Source of the DNA: an uncultured Phycisphaerales bacterium
Lineage (GTDB): Bacteria > Planctomycetota > Phycisphaerae > Tepidisphaerales > Tepidisphaeraceae
DNA length: 64,000 bases
Assembly: GCA_963792535.1 (NCBI GenBank)
Contig: CAWBWQ010000001.1
Location: forward strand, 320,001-384,000
Reading direction: 5' to 3'
The notes below the pieces were generated by a model, which saw nothing but the letters and a program-made list of their open reading frames with translations, searched no databases and was not told the DNA's origin. The stretch's first letter is position 1. Every line of letters begins with the position of its first letter. Below, piece after piece: positions 52,559 to 64,000 of this stretch. Position numbers and translations under genes: made by a program.

Positions 52559-53128
52559 TTGTCCGATCTTCCATGTATGGGACGCATCACTGGTTCGCGA
52601 GCGCGCAAACTGAAATCGGGAAATGGTGTTAAAGTACACATTCCCCGTGGCGCATCGCTGGACGAGGCCGGCATAGCGGCGATAGCAGACCAGGCGGCAT
52701 ATGTGCTTTCGCGCATCGTTTACCATTCTCGCTCCAACCGTAAATCACCCCGGCTTGTTCCGCTAAATTCCAAACACCTAAAGGCCATGGTCGGGCGTAC
52801 ATGGCCCAATCTTCGAAAGCTGCTGATCCAACATCGCTACATTGTCTGCAACGAACAGTATCGCGTTTCCTCGCGGTCTCAGCGCGGCTATGCGATGGAG
52901 TATGGCCTACACACGCGCTTCGCTGGTTGCCGTTGCAAAATGCATGAGCTACTTGACCGGGGCCTCGTGTCGAGAATCCAGAGAGAACGCCGGCGGCGAA
53001 AGCAAAGCTACCAGGACGATGCCACAATGTGCCACTTGCAGGCCTGCATCGAAAAGCTGGACATCCCCCAGGCTGATGCCCATGCCGCAATAAGAAAACA
53101 CTACCGAGTTGGCACAGCTATACTTTAG
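52559..53128 (+). pseudogene. Basic, probably C-terminally truncated DNA-binding/replication-type protein
   Basis: VPLNSKHLKAMVGR.W..L..LL....YI.....Y......GY...Y looks winged-helix-like; the ORF ends where the next frame begins. Confidence 0.4.
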
Positions 53129-56100
53129 GTGGTTGCTCGAATGCTCACATTCCCTCTAACTATGTATTGATTATAGAACCGCCGCCGAATGCCGAAACGC
53201 TCGATCCACGTCTGACCGTTCGCGGCTCAATCACAGCCTCTACATCCGATACATCAGCACAAACTGGCACGATTACCATCAGCCGGGGCAGCGGCCAAAG
53301 CCTTTTCCCCACCGATGCCGTTACTGCAAACTTTATTGAATCGCTTTCATCATTAGTAGGGCAGAACTGGTACATTCTACAGGATCAAGGCTGGTGGTGC
53401 TCGGAACGATTGCCGGATCGGCCAGACGACCAACAGCTGTGGGTTGGCACTTCGTCAACGGGTGGAAACATCATCGTTGCCGGCAACGTCGTTACTGTCG
53501 TCTCAGGCAGCTATTCAACCAATGACTTGACTACTTTATCCGCACTCGCGGATGGCTCTTATTCAACGCTCATCGACCAGGCCGGACGATGGAAAAAAGA
53601 TCAATTCACGAGCAATGAAGTTTTGTACTGGGGCAGCGACAATGCCCTCCACCGTGACACGATCGAGCACAACTTCACTACCATTCTTGTATTCGCCAAT
53701 CATTCGAGCTGGACGGGAGGCGGGCCATTCATCATCGTGCCCGCTGGAAACAAAGGCTACCCAGGCCGAACCCTATTGCCGGTGTTTCAATGGAATACAG
53801 GACTTAGTGAATCGCATGCAACACACTTGGCCGACGATTCGATAGGGTCATGGAAGTTGCCGACGATGTTTGCCAATATGAGTGACGGCGACAATTGCAT
53901 GGCCACATGCATGACGACATCGGTCCAGGTCTTCGATCTTTCCGCACAAATCGACCAATTTAATGATTGCGAAGGTTCGAGGGCCGGGCTGTTTCTTAAT
54001 CCCAAGGTCTCAAAATCACTGAGGTTCGTTCAGCAGGACATCGTGGACATATGCAAGAAATTCCTGGCACTACATGGATTACACAGGGCAGTCAGCAATC
54101 AACAACTTCAGCCCTGCAACGCTGTTTGATTCGCTCGGAATCAATAACTGGACTTCTGGCTATGTGTATGTCGACAGCAGCACACTGACTATCTCAGGCA
54201 CGCCCGATGATGCAGAATTTCCAATCACCGCCTACTATGCAGTCTTAAATGCAGACGGCACGTATACCGCCGGATCAGGCACACTCACAAACGCAACAAC
54301 GCTTTCGGGAACCGGGTTCACCGACACAACTCCACTTCCAACAGCAGTAGTAATCTCGCTGGGTTTCAGCCGGTACAAGCCGCGACACGTACGATACTTT
54401 TACCCGAAATCGTGCTTCATCCCGTCGACCGATTCCGGTGTGACCTACGACCCGCCCGCTGTAGGGTTTGCCGGTGACGGCTCAACACTCGATTTCACCG
54501 GGCAATGGGTAAGACGATCGCAATCGACCGGATATAAAAGCCGTGGTCCGTTGGGAACGCCATTCGACGGGCCGACGCCGTTTGTAGACGGGGAGCTTGC
54601 CACACATGTTGGGGATAACGCTGCCGACACCTGCATCACCACTGATGGCGCTACGCCGATTCCAAGTACACCCGGCGAGGCTTTGCTGGCACGCGTTCCG
54701 TATCTCGACCACTTTTACCGGGGAAAATATTCGTACACGCTTGAGCAAAAACGGCTTAATTCGCTCAAGGGAATCTCGACAGGCGGCACAGCACACAGCT
54801 TAAGTGATTCCACGCAAAATTGGTGGATAGATGGTATCAACGGAAGTCTGACGAAGACCGCCAGCGGAACCATCACCGCCGCGACCAGCTACGCCGCCGG
54901 GCCGCCAGTCATCCATGGAAGCGCCACCGTTTCAATCACGATTCCCACCACGGCCACCAACTGCGACTACACGGTCACTGATGCAACAACCGGGGCGATC
55001 GTGCTCGCAGGAACATCAGCAGTCACCGGCGGCTCAACTTCCACCACGCTTGCCAACGACGGTTTTACTACCGCCATGATCGGCGACACCGTAACCATGA
55101 TCTTCCAGGGCTGTTTGTTCCAGGACACCGGAACTGCAACGTCGGGCAGCACGACCAGCTTGACGGATACGGCGCACATCACCACCGGGTCAACAAACCC
55201 TTTATACCGATGGTGGTCAGCATCGCGGTTCATTGGATTCAGTAATCCATCGCCGTACACCGACTTCGTTTTGACTGTAAGCAGAACCGTCGTAGGCATT
55301 ACAACAACTTGGAAGATGCCAATCACATCCACTACATCAGGCAGCGGCGGTGTAACGTTTAATTTCTCAGCTGTGGCCGGTCTGACTGTCGCGGCGGGTG
55401 ATAGCTGGTCAGTCACGGAACCAAGCTATGAAATCAACAAATGGGAAAATCGTATTCTGAACATGACCGATCCATCTGGCATTAAGTACGCTGCAAAAAT
55501 CACTCACAGTGACAATGACACGCTGTTTTTCGGACAAGTGTATGACAGCAGCGGAACAGCAGTGACGCCCACGATTGGAGCTGGGTGGAGCTACACAATT
55601 GGTGACCGCCGGTTTGGTGGTGTATGGCAATGGGATGCCGATGGCGGGCTGGATGGAAGTGGAGCTTGGAACATTCCCGCCGGCAATGACATCGTTCGGC
55701 GCGGTGTGCCAACGCCCCAGCCGTTCCGATCCGATCAGACGATGAACTTGCCGACGATCGCCCGCGATTGTGGCTTTGTCATGATCGACGATTTGATGTG
55801 TGTCGAAACCTTCACAGAAATTCAGCAGACCATCAACGCGCTGAAAGCCACCAAACGAGATCCGGGCTGGTTTGCGTGTGCTGTGGATAGCGCCGGAAGT
55901 TTACGAAGGAAGTACCGGGAGCTTTGGAGAGGTTGCTGATTTTGCAACTGATGGCTCAGGAACGATGCCCGACCCACGATTCCCATACCCCGCCCGTGTG
56001 GAAGATACAACGCTCGCTGAAGCTGAAGCCGCGATAACGTATCTATTGCAAAATGGGAGTGTCTACTGGGATGACAGCGGCGGGCCGCCAGAACCCGCTG

Positions 56101-56651
56101 GATGGTTTCCTGGTGGCGCGACATCTGGCGCGGCTGTATCAGCTCCAAAAGTCGATAGCAGCTACTACAGCGAATACAACTTCAACGCAGATGGATCGGT
56201 GCGATACGGTAAGCTTTCAGTCAACCAGGACGCTTACTCCGGGTACCTTCGGGTCACTGATTTACCAACAGTGTTCGGTACAGCAGTGGACTATTACAAC
56301 TTTGCCGCGATCAGCCCGGCAACGGATCGGCTTGGACCAGACCCAGGTTCAACCACCACGGATATTCTAACAGTTGCTCATTCGTTCAATGCTTTTGGCC
56401 AGCCGGTCGCTTGGCGAGAATGGACAAAGTTCAGTAGCGGCTCGGTTTCGAGTGATGGCACAGCGGTAAGTGCGAAACTCGGCCGCGCAGATGAAAGCAG
56501 CGCGAATCCAATCCCGCTTATACCGGTCTGGGACGGCAACACCAGTTACGGGTATGACTACCCAGGTTATGATCGAAATGCGAACCGCATTGAAGGCTTT
56601 CAAATCACCGATCAAACGGCGGTTTTACTGTGGGACTTCACCTATATTTGA
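53100..56651 (+). CDS. Large Thr/Gly/Ser-rich virion-structural/tail-like protein, N-terminally truncated; frameshifts ~54070 and ~55892
   Basis: Three overlapping ORFs with the same composition; GTATSGSTTSLTDT and NKWEN motifs; no signal peptide or RBS. Confidence 0.55.
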
Positions 56652-56724
56652 TCCTGTTCAACCGTTAGAGCACACGCCCCGAGCTTCGAAAATCATGCCA
56701 TAAACGCAGTTTGATGAAAAACAG

Positions 56725-56745
56725 TTTTTGCCACTGTTTTTGCCA
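56725..56745. repeat. Arm-type repeat, right copy
   Basis: Identical to 49346-49366. Confidence 0.85.
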
Positions 56746-56784
56746 GAAATGCGTTTTGAGTGTGTGTCAAGGGAAATGCGGAAT

Positions 56785-56809
56785 TCTACCACTGAGCTAC
56801 GCCCGCGAG
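56785..56809. repeat. att core, right copy: displaced 5' fragment (nt 1-22) of tRNA-Gly plus 3 leader nt
   Basis: Identical to 49277-49301. Confidence 0.92.
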
Positions 56810-57345
56810 ATTAGGCAATTTCAAACTAAAACGGAAATCCAAGCCGTCTTTTCGTCATCTTTTAAGCACGGTGCGATGTCTCTCGAGAGACACTGCACAA
56901 CGTGCTATTTTACGTCGGAAACGAATCGGCTGCAACGCCGTCATTCCTGCCGTCACGGCGAAGCATAATACCGGGACTTGCACTCGATGCAAATGCCAGC
57001 GATTGTAGAATGTTTGCACGCAGTGAAAGTTTCACCGGGCGGGCTAACAAGGATGTAAGCCGGTCGGGTCATATAGCCACGCCTGTTTGAGCAGAAAATC
57101 GAGCGAGATGGTCCAGATGGATGGGCGTCGTCGGGCGTGAATTAAGATCTGCGAAGAAGTGCGCGCGGGCAACTCTATCTGAGCGGCGATGTGAGAGATG
57201 ACTGTGCCTTTGAGTCCGGCGAGCGGTCGTCAAGCGAAGGGTTTGTACGCGACATTTGAAAATCGTTCTGTGTGATGGCGGCATGCGTACCAACATTGCA
57301 GATGTGGGTGTTGCAATATCGCACCGCTGTGGATACATCCTTTCC

Positions 57346-57926
57346 ATGGCCAGGCTGAAAGCTCCGCAGCGTCGCGAACAACTCATTTCAGTGGCAACCA
57401 GACAGTTTGCAAAGTTCGGGTATGACGCAACCACAACCGATGCAATTGCCAAGGCTGCCGGCGTAACAGAGCCGATTTTATACCGGCATTTTGGATCAAA
57501 GCAGGAACTGTTTATTGCTATCAGCGCGCGGTGAGCGATCAGACGCTTGAGCATTGGCGGGGGTTGATTAAGCCCATCGACGATCCGGCGGAACAGTTGC
57601 GGGAAATCGCCAGGCAGTTTCCAAGTCATCTCAAGGAGATGGGCGATGCATATCGCGTCATTCATAATGCGCTGACAACCAGCAGGGATCGCAAAGTGCT
57701 GGCCGTCCTGCGAGAACATTACTTTCAGATGGAGGCGTTCTTTTCCACGGTAATCAAAACCGGAATTGAGCGGCGTGATTTTGGGAAAGTGAATCCCAAG
57801 ACCGCTTGTTGGAACCTCATCAATACAGGATTGGGCTATGCGTTAGTAACGCTGAACCTTGCTCCGTTTGATATGTTTGACGTTGAAGACGCGATCGAAT
57901 TTATAATAAGGGGATTAGCAGCGTGA
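57346..57926 (+). CDS. TetR/AcrR family regulator; frameshift ~57530
   Basis: A...FA..GY.ATT...IA..AGV....LYRHF.SK.EL HTH. Confidence 0.88.
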
Positions 57927-57974
57927 CATCAAATTTTTTCGAATGAAACCTGATGTGTTGGACCTGCTTAAAAT

Positions 57975-59285
57975 CTATGCCTTGAGGATCGGAAATGTCG
58001 GAAACTGGGCGCCGAGGATGGGTTTGCTCGGGGTATCCAGCCAATTCTGCAGCACGGTTGCGTAAACACTTCTGAAATCGACGTTGAATTTCAAGTCACC
58101 TTGGTCTAAATCCGTAAGTGAAGGGTGGTTTCCCAGCAGGCCGGGAGCGATCTTCGAAGCGATGAGCATCAAGTTCGACGCCACTCCGTGATCGGTCCCA
58201 CCACTTGCGTTTTGCTCTACCCGCCGACCGAATTCACTAAAAGTCATCATGAGCACGCGGTCGAGATTTCCTTGCTGCTTGAGATCTTTCTGGAACGCGC
58301 CGATCCCCTGCGCTAAATCCGTCATCAATTTGTCGTGGCGGGGCCCCTGGTTCGCGTGCGTGTCAAACCCGCCGAGGCTTACATAGTAAACGCGGGTTGG
58401 CAATCCACCGGCAATCATGGCGGCGATGGTTTGAAGCCCGCTGCCGAATTCACCCGCTGGATATGCGTCACTGCGATGTTCGCGGGTCATGCGTAGAATA
58501 TCATCGCTACTGACCTGCGCATCCATCGCGGTACGTTGCAGAAAATCCAACTGCGACGCAGGCGTGATCTCGATTTTTTTTCGGTGATCGGTGGTTTCAG
58601 CAAGCGTATTGGGCATCATATTTGACGCCGAGGCAGCGCCGGAAACCTGGTTTAGCTTCTCATATGATGCGCGATCCGTTCCCTGGTATCGGTAGGCTTC
58701 AGGGCGCTCGATTGACAGTGGCATTACCTTCTCGCCCTGCATCATCAAGGGCAGGGTATGGCCGATGGCAACGCCGACATGCGGATCGCAGCCCGGGCAG
58801 GCATTGTCAAAATATCGACCCACCCAGCCGCTGCTCACCACGTCCCGGTCCGGCTGTCCCGAAGCCCAGATGTCCGTCGATCGAAAATGCGACCGACTCG
58901 GGTTCGGATACCCCACACCCTGCACGATCCCAAGCTGCCCGTCATCATACATCTGCTTCAACGGCGCGAGGTTGGGATGCAGACCGAGATAATTATTGAT
59001 CTTCAACACGGATTTACCGTCGAAACCAATGACCGGGCGCACCCGGTGATATGCATCGTCCGCGTATGGGACAACCATGCTGAGTCCGTCATTACCACCG
59101 GCGAGTTGAACGACCACAAGGATTTTCCCATCCTTGCCCGAGGGTTGCTGAATCAGGGAATGATCTCTGGCGTTGTTCAGCGCCATTACCGTTTGATCCA
59201 GAAAGGCGGGAATGGTCGGCGCCGCTGCCAGAATGGTCAGGCCGCGTTGCAGAAACACGCGGCGGGTGGAGAAAATCTTTTTCAT
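57975..59285 (-). CDS. DUF1501 domain Tat-exported protein
   Basis: TRRVFL; VVQLAGGNDGL, RSHFRS, GGFDTH, FSEFGRR, GTDHG. Confidence 0.9.
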   Translation of the reverse strand: MKKIFSTRRVFLQRGLTILAAAPTIPAFLDQTVMALNNARDHSLIQQPSGKDGKILVVVQLAGGNDGLSMVVPYADDAYHRVRPVIGFDGKSVLKINNYLGLHPNLAPLKQMYDDGQLGIVQGVGYPNPSRSHFRSTDIWASGQPDRDVVSSGWVGRYFDNACPGCDPHVGVAIGHTLPLMMQGEKVMPLSIERPEAYRYQGTDRASYEKLNQVSGAASASNMMPNTLAETTDHRKKIEITPASQLDFLQRTAMDAQVSSDDILRMTREHRSDAYPAGEFGSGLQTIAAMIAGGLPTRVYYVSLGGFDTHANQGPRHDKLMTDLAQGIGAFQKDLKQQGNLDRVLMMTFSEFGRRVEQNASGGTDHGVASNLMLIASKIAPGLLGNHPSLTDLDQGDLKFNVDFRSVYATVLQNWLDTPSKPILGAQFPTFPILKA

Positions 59286-59362
59286 TTGTTTTCCTCGCAG
59301 ACTTTTGCAGGCCGGTCACGAATCAAAACCAACCTTCACCTTCAACCCGCCGCCGGCGCTCC

Positions 59363-60793
59363 TCAGCACAACTGGTAATCCGGCATCGACATAATCAACT
59401 GCAGCATTTTTCTAATGTTCTGTTCACGATCCGGTTGATTTCCCAGCGCATCGATCAGCACCGCGCGTTTATCGCTGGCGATGGGGCGTTGGATCAGCCG
59501 GTTGACCCAGTAATCCACCACCGCATTCGCGTCTGCTGCGTCTTTTGTTTCGTCACTGAGATGGCTCTTGTCGGCTCGCGGAATTTGTCCGTTCAGCAGG
59601 CGATATCCCGTGTTGTATCGAACAAATAACGTGCTGGTGTTGATCCACATCCGACCACCCGGCCACCCGCGCACGTTCGGCGGTGAGAAGGGGACCTGCC
59701 CCATCTGATTTAAGGGTCCGATCAACTGCTGATCCGGCGGCATCATCAAATTCAGCTGACGCACCGTGCCAATCACCAGTTGCAGTGGGCATTTGATCTG
59801 CGCCCGATCGCCTGCGCACTGTAAAATGCTTTACTGCTGAGAATCATTTTCACCAGCGGGCGAATTTCATAGTTGCTGTTGCGGAATTCAAATCCGATTG
59901 CGTCCGCCAGCGTGTCGTCCACTTCTTCATACGCGAAATAGCGAAACAGTTTTGTCCCTACAAAGCGCGATGCGATGTTCGGCGACAGGATGATGTCAAT
60001 CGCATCATCGCCGTTAAAATTTCCACGATGACCGAGGAAGGTTTTGACGCCTTCATCGTGGTCAAACTTGCGGAAAACATAATCGGTTCCATCGTGGGCC
60101 CAGCCGGTGAAAGCGCAGAGCGCCTTGTTTCACATCGTCCTCGGTGTAGTTACCGATGCCCAGGGTGAAAAGCTCCATAAGCTCGCGAGCGTAATTTTCG
60201 TTCGGATGCGCTTTTCGATTCTGTGTATTGTTCAGGTAGTCCAGCATCGCTGGGTCGCGGCTGATCGCGCGAACAAACTGCCGAAAATTCCCCACCGCCA
60301 TTTTGCGCAGCAGTTCGTTTTGCCTCCACATCAATGCGGCACTGCGTTCATCCTTATCGCTGGTGACGAAATGCCCGTGCCAGAAAAGGGTCAGTTTTTC
60401 CTGCAGTGGATAAGGACCGTCGGTCATGCGGCGCATCCACCAGTTGACCGTTGCGCGAATCGCCTCCGCATTGGCCATCATCACCTTCTGGCGAAGCACT
60501 TTTATCTCAGCGGGAGACTTGCCCATCTGCTGCTGGCGAAGCTCTTTGAATGTCGCGGGATAGCCGTCCAGCGCCGCCAGGTTAGGAACATCTGTTCCCT
60601 GTTCTTCAGCGCATTGATCGGGAAAACTCAGCAGCCAATCGACCGCGCCGCCCGGCCCCAGTTCCAGGACCTTCTGCACTTCGTCGATTGTCCCGCCAAA
60701 GCCCGCGCGGTTGAGCAGATGTGCAGCTTTCACCGAGTCAAACGGATCGTCATCCGTCGGCACAAAAGGCTGCAGCAGCTTGTGGGTTGCCAT
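59363..60793 (-). CDS. DUF1800 domain protein; frameshifts ~60112 and ~59805
   Basis: HLLNRAGFG, EKLTLFWHGHF, PNENYARELMELFTLG, PPNVRGW. Confidence 0.88.
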
Positions 60794-60971
60794 GTTCGCT
60801 TCCGAGTTTGACCACGACCATCACGGACAAATCAAAAACGCACGAAGCACGGATTTATTGCAATCACCGGCGCAGTGCCGCGTTCAGTGGAAAATCAATT
60901 CCCGTGAAATCTACCCGGCCACCCGCCATCGCTCTATACTGCATATCGACCCAGAGGAGTATTTATTTAAT

Positions 60972-61865
60972 ATGTCTGACCAAAACGAGCTTTTGCTTCA
61001 ATTAGGCCACTCTCCCGACCCTGACGACGCCTTTATGTTCTACGGTTTGGCCAGGGATAAGTTCCCTACCGGCCGTTATCGGTTCAACCACGTTCTTCAG
61101 GATATCCAAACCCTCAGCCACCGCGCCCGCAGTGGCGAGCTGGAAATCACCGCGATCTCCATCCATGCCTATCCTTATGTCAGCGACAAATATGCCCTGA
61201 CCAGCTGTGGCAGCAGCATGGGCGATGGATACGGTCCGATGGTGGTTGCCACCAAGCCCATTTCGCTTGAGGCCCTGATCGGCAAAACCATCGCGATCCC
61301 CGGCGAACTGACCACCGCGTTCCTGGCACTGCAACTCTGCATCGGCAGGGGGGCAAAAAAAGGCACCCATCCTGATAATTTCAAGCCCGCGTTCTACTAC
61401 GAGGTCGTTCATTTTGATGAAATTCCAGCCTTCGTTCAGCAAGGTCGCGCCGATGCCGGGCTAATCATTCACGAAGGCCAGTTGACGTATGAAAAGATGG
61501 GGCTTCACCTTGTCCTGGACACAGGAATCTGGTGGCAGACCCGGACAGGCCTGCCCCTGCCCCTGGGCGGCAACTGCATCCGTAAGAACCTGGGCCCAAC
61601 CGTGATGCAGGAAGTCACCGACATTCTCCGTCATTCGATTCAGTTCAGTCTGGATCATCGCCCTGAAGCGGTTGAGTATTCGCTGCAGTACGGGCGGGAT
61701 CTGGACAGCAAACTGGCCGATCAGTTTGTCGGTATGTACGTCAATCACTGGACGCTGGACTATGGCGCGCGCGGACGCGAGGCGATCACGCGGCTGTTAA
61801 AGGAAGGCGCTGCCGCCGGGCTCGTGCCGGACGCGGGCGAGATCGAATACATCACCGCTCGCTGA
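60972..61865 (+). CDS. mqnD: 1,4-dihydroxy-6-naphthoate synthase (futalosine menaquinone pathway)
   Basis: GHSPDPDDAFMFY, GDGYGP, IIHEGQLTY, LPLPLG, MYVN. Confidence 0.88.
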   Translation: MSDQNELLLQLGHSPDPDDAFMFYGLARDKFPTGRYRFNHVLQDIQTLSHRARSGELEITAISIHAYPYVSDKYALTSCGSSMGDGYGPMVVATKPISLEALIGKTIAIPGELTTAFLALQLCIGRGAKKGTHPDNFKPAFYYEVVHFDEIPAFVQQGRADAGLIIHEGQLTYEKMGLHLVLDTGIWWQTRTGLPLPLGGNCIRKNLGPTVMQEVTDILRHSIQFSLDHRPEAVEYSLQYGRDLDSKLADQFVGMYVNHWTLDYGARGREAITRLLKEGAAAGLVPDAGEIEYITAR

Positions 61866-62063
61866 CCGAATGGGCCAGCAATCAATCTTGCATTGCTGCT
61901 GAAAAAAACTTCGCGCGTTCAGGCGACCGGCAATCGTTATCAGGTCGTCGAGAAGCACCTTGTCGCGCACGGCATAATGATATGGCTCGGTTTCAAACGG
62001 CACGGTGGTTCGGCGTGTTTCTCCATCGCGGGGACCCGCCGGAATGTTTTCGCTGTATGACAT
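61797..62063 (-). CDS. Small hypothetical protein (3' end uncertain)
   Basis: AAAGGT RBS before the ATG; overlap with mqnD suggests an indel in the A-run at ~61905. Confidence 0.3.
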   Translation of the reverse strand: MSYSENIPAGPRDGETRRTTVPFETEPYHYAVRDKVLLDDLITIAGRLNARSFFQQQCKIDCWPIRSASGDVFDLARVRHEPGGSAFL

Positions 62064-62323
62064 GCTTACCTTTCGCTGAGGGTGGGGAAAAAACGCACTC
62101 GTTCATTACTAAGGCCGGAATACGACTCGGTCTGACGTTAATGCTGTCGTAAGGAAAGTTGTGGACCTTACTTAGGAAAAATATGCAGCGCGTTACGCCT
62201 GGCGGCCAAACACCAGTGTTTTCCGCTCTCGTGGAGGACGGGATCATGCGTAACCTTGTGCGGGTTAATGATTTCGGCAATTGACGGCGGGGCGGGGAAG
62301 GCATTCAATGCAGTACGCCGTTT

Positions 62324-64000
62324 ATGAGTCTTTCCACGCCCTTTATTCATCGTCCTGTCGCAACGACGCTGCTTACGATTGCGGTCGCGCTGGCGGGCGG
62401 GCTGGCGTATTTTTTCCTGCCGGTTTCTCCATTGCCGCAGGTGGATTATCCAAGCGTTTCGGTGTCAGCGTCATTGCCAGGGGCAAGCCCCGAGACCATG
62501 GCGTCAGCGGTGGCGACACCGCTGGAGCGGCAATTTGGTCGCATCGCCGCCGTTACCGAAATGACGTCAAGTTCGTCGCTGGGGACGACAAATATAACGC
62601 TGGTTTTTGATTTGAATCGCGACATCGACTCCGCCGCCCGGGATGTGCAGGCAGCTATTAATGCCGCAGCGGGCAACCTGCCAGCGAACCTGCCCAGCAA
62701 GCCCGGATATAAGAAAATCAATCCCGCCGACGCGCCGATCATGATTTTGACGGTGACGTCAGACGTCTATGACAGGCCGCACTTGTATAACACGGCCTCG
62801 TCGATCCTGGCCCAGAAGCTGGCGCAGGTGCAGGGGGTCGGGCAGGTCAGTGTGAATGGTTCGGCGCTTCCATCGGTGCGCGTGGAGGTGAATCCGACCC
62901 TGCTGAACAATTTCGGGCTCGGGCTGGAGGATGTCCGCAATGCGCTGTCGGCTTCCAACTCGAATATTCCCAAGGGGCAGTTGAGTGGTGTCAACGGCAC
63001 ACTGTCGCTGAATACCTCAGATCAGCTTTTTACCGCCAACCAGTATCGCACTTTGTTGATTGCGTACCGCCACGGGGCGGCGGTGCGGGTGGGCGATGTT
63101 GCGGAGGTGGTCGATTCTGTTGAAGACACGCGCCAGATGGGGCTCGTCTGCACGGCGGCGGGAAACAAGTCGGCAGTCTTGTTGATGATCTTTCGCCAGC
63201 CCGGCGCAAACATCATCAACACAGTGGAACAGATTAACAACCTGCTGCCGCAACTGCGGGCCTCGATCCCCGCGGGGATGAACCTGGGGGTTGGTCTGGA
63301 CCGGACATTGACGATCCGCGCCAGCGTGCACGACGTTGAGGTGACGCTGCTGATTTCCATCTCGCTGGTCATCCTGGTGGTGTTTGTATTCCTGCGGGAT
63401 TGGCGCGCGACGATCATCCCCAGTGTGGCGGTGCCGGTCTCACTGATCGGCACGTTCGCGGTCATGTACCTGCTGGGTTACAGCCTCGATAACCTGTCGC
63501 TGATGGCGCTGACCATAGCGACGGGGTTTGTGGTTGATGATGCCATTGTGGTGGTGGAAAACATTTCGCGGCATATCGAGGACGGACTACTCCCGCTTGA
63601 CGCCGCCTTGAAAGGCGCGGAGGAAATCGGTTTCACCGTGCTTTCCATCAGCGTTTCCCTGGTGGCGGTATTTATCCCGATCCTGCTGATGGGCGGATAT
63701 ATCGGGCGGTTATTCAGGGAATTCGCGGTAACACTGTCGGTGGCAATTTTCGTATCGATGCTGGTGTCGCTGACGACAACTCCCATGATGGCGGCGGTGC
63801 TGCTCAGGTCGCGGGGTAACCGGAAACCAAGCGCACTCTTCCAGTTAACCGAGCGGATGCACCAGATCGTTCCGAACCTGTACGAGCGAGGTTTGCGCTG
63901 GGTTATCCGGCATCAACCTTTGATGCTGGCAGTTACGGTGGCAACTATCGCCTTGACGGTGTTTCTCTTCATCGAAATCCCCAAGGGGTTTTTCCCGCAA
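62324..64000 (+). CDS. RND efflux permease (MdtB/MdtC-like, AcrB family); runs off the right edge
   Basis: Manual translation [17 protein letters not shown]...[12 protein letters not shown]...ATPLERQFG; later [14 protein letters not shown]. Confidence 0.9.
   Translation, partial: MSLSTPFIHRPVATTLLTIAVALAGGLAYFFLPVSPLPQVDYPSVSVSASLPGASPETMASAVATPLERQFGRIAAVTEMTSSSSLGTTNITLVFDLNRDIDSAARDVQAAINAAAGNLPANLPSKPGYKKINPADAPIMILTVTSDVYDRPHLYNTASSILAQKLAQVQGVGQVSVNGSALPSVRVEVNPTLLNNFGLGLEDVRNALSASNSNIPKGQLSGVNGTLSLNTSDQLFTANQYRTLLIAYRHGAAVRVGDVAEVVDSVEDTRQMGLVCTAAGNKSAVLLMIFRQPGANIINTVEQINNLLPQLRASIPAGMNLGVGLDRTLTIRASVHDVEVTLLISISLVILVVFVFLRDWRATIIPSVAVPVSLIGTFAVMYLLGYSLDNLSLMALTIATGFVVDDAIVVVENISRHIEDGLLPLDAALKGAEEIGFTVLSISVSLVAVFIPILLMGGYIGRLFREFAVTLSVAIFVSMLVSLTTTPMMAAVLLRSRGNRKPSALFQLTERMHQIVPNLYERGLRWVIRHQPLMLAVTVATIALTVFLFIEIPKGFFPQ

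Larger units (their letters stand above)
49277..56809. mobile_element. ~7.5-kb integrated element (defective prophage-like) inserted at the 5' end of tRNA-Gly
   Basis: 25-bp direct repeat at both ends, 21-bp arm repeat inside both ends, integrase adjacent to the att site. Confidence 0.88.

Noticed and set aside
56785..56809. Second tRNA gene
   Set aside because: Only nt 1-22 are present; there is no anticodon or T arm. It is an att remnant.
1..64000. CRISPR array, rRNA, IS transposase, or reverse transcriptase (retron/DGR)
   Set aside because: No repeat-spacer arrays, rRNA motifs, DDE transposase or RT motifs were seen.
1..64000. Programmed frameshifting or mass pseudogenisation as the cause of split genes
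   Set aside because: Breaks affect unrelated core and accessory genes, lack consistent slippery sites and come without in-frame stops. Sequencing error is the simpler explanation.

Overview
Bacterial DNA that looks like Planctomycetota, probably Phycisphaerae/Tepidisphaerales. This is inferred from LExR-xLL-type N-terminal motifs, ECF sigma/Ser-Thr kinase pairs, a prepilin H-X9-DG gene and DUF1501/DUF1800. At least 17 conserved genes carry small indel frameshifts, best explained as long-read consensus errors. From 1-15 kb: secreted repeat proteins, glycosyltransferases, a SpoIVB/S55 peptidase, a stand-alone PqqD-like protein, a DEAD-box helicase and a class I aldolase. From 15.8-31.7 kb: two ECF-kinase modules, a sigma54 activator, and PEP-CTERM and prepilin-type genes. 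Three copies of TTAGCC-N16-TCGC(A/T)T suggest the ECF promoter and local regulon. From 31.9-46.4 kb: a co-directional detox cluster that starts at a consensus sigma54 promoter. It contains a three-subunit cobalt thiocyanate-hydrolase/nitrile-hydratase-like enzyme with a Cys-rich ferredoxin-like partner and a NiCoT transporter. From 46.5-56.8 kb: tRNA-Gly(GCC) flanked by two divergent, atypical tyrosine integrases. The right-hand 7.5-kb element, an internally deleted prophage-like unit, is bounded by a 25-bp duplication of the tRNA 5' end plus matching arm repeats. From 57-64 kb: TetR, DUF1501, DUF1800, mqnD and an MdtB/C-like RND permease.
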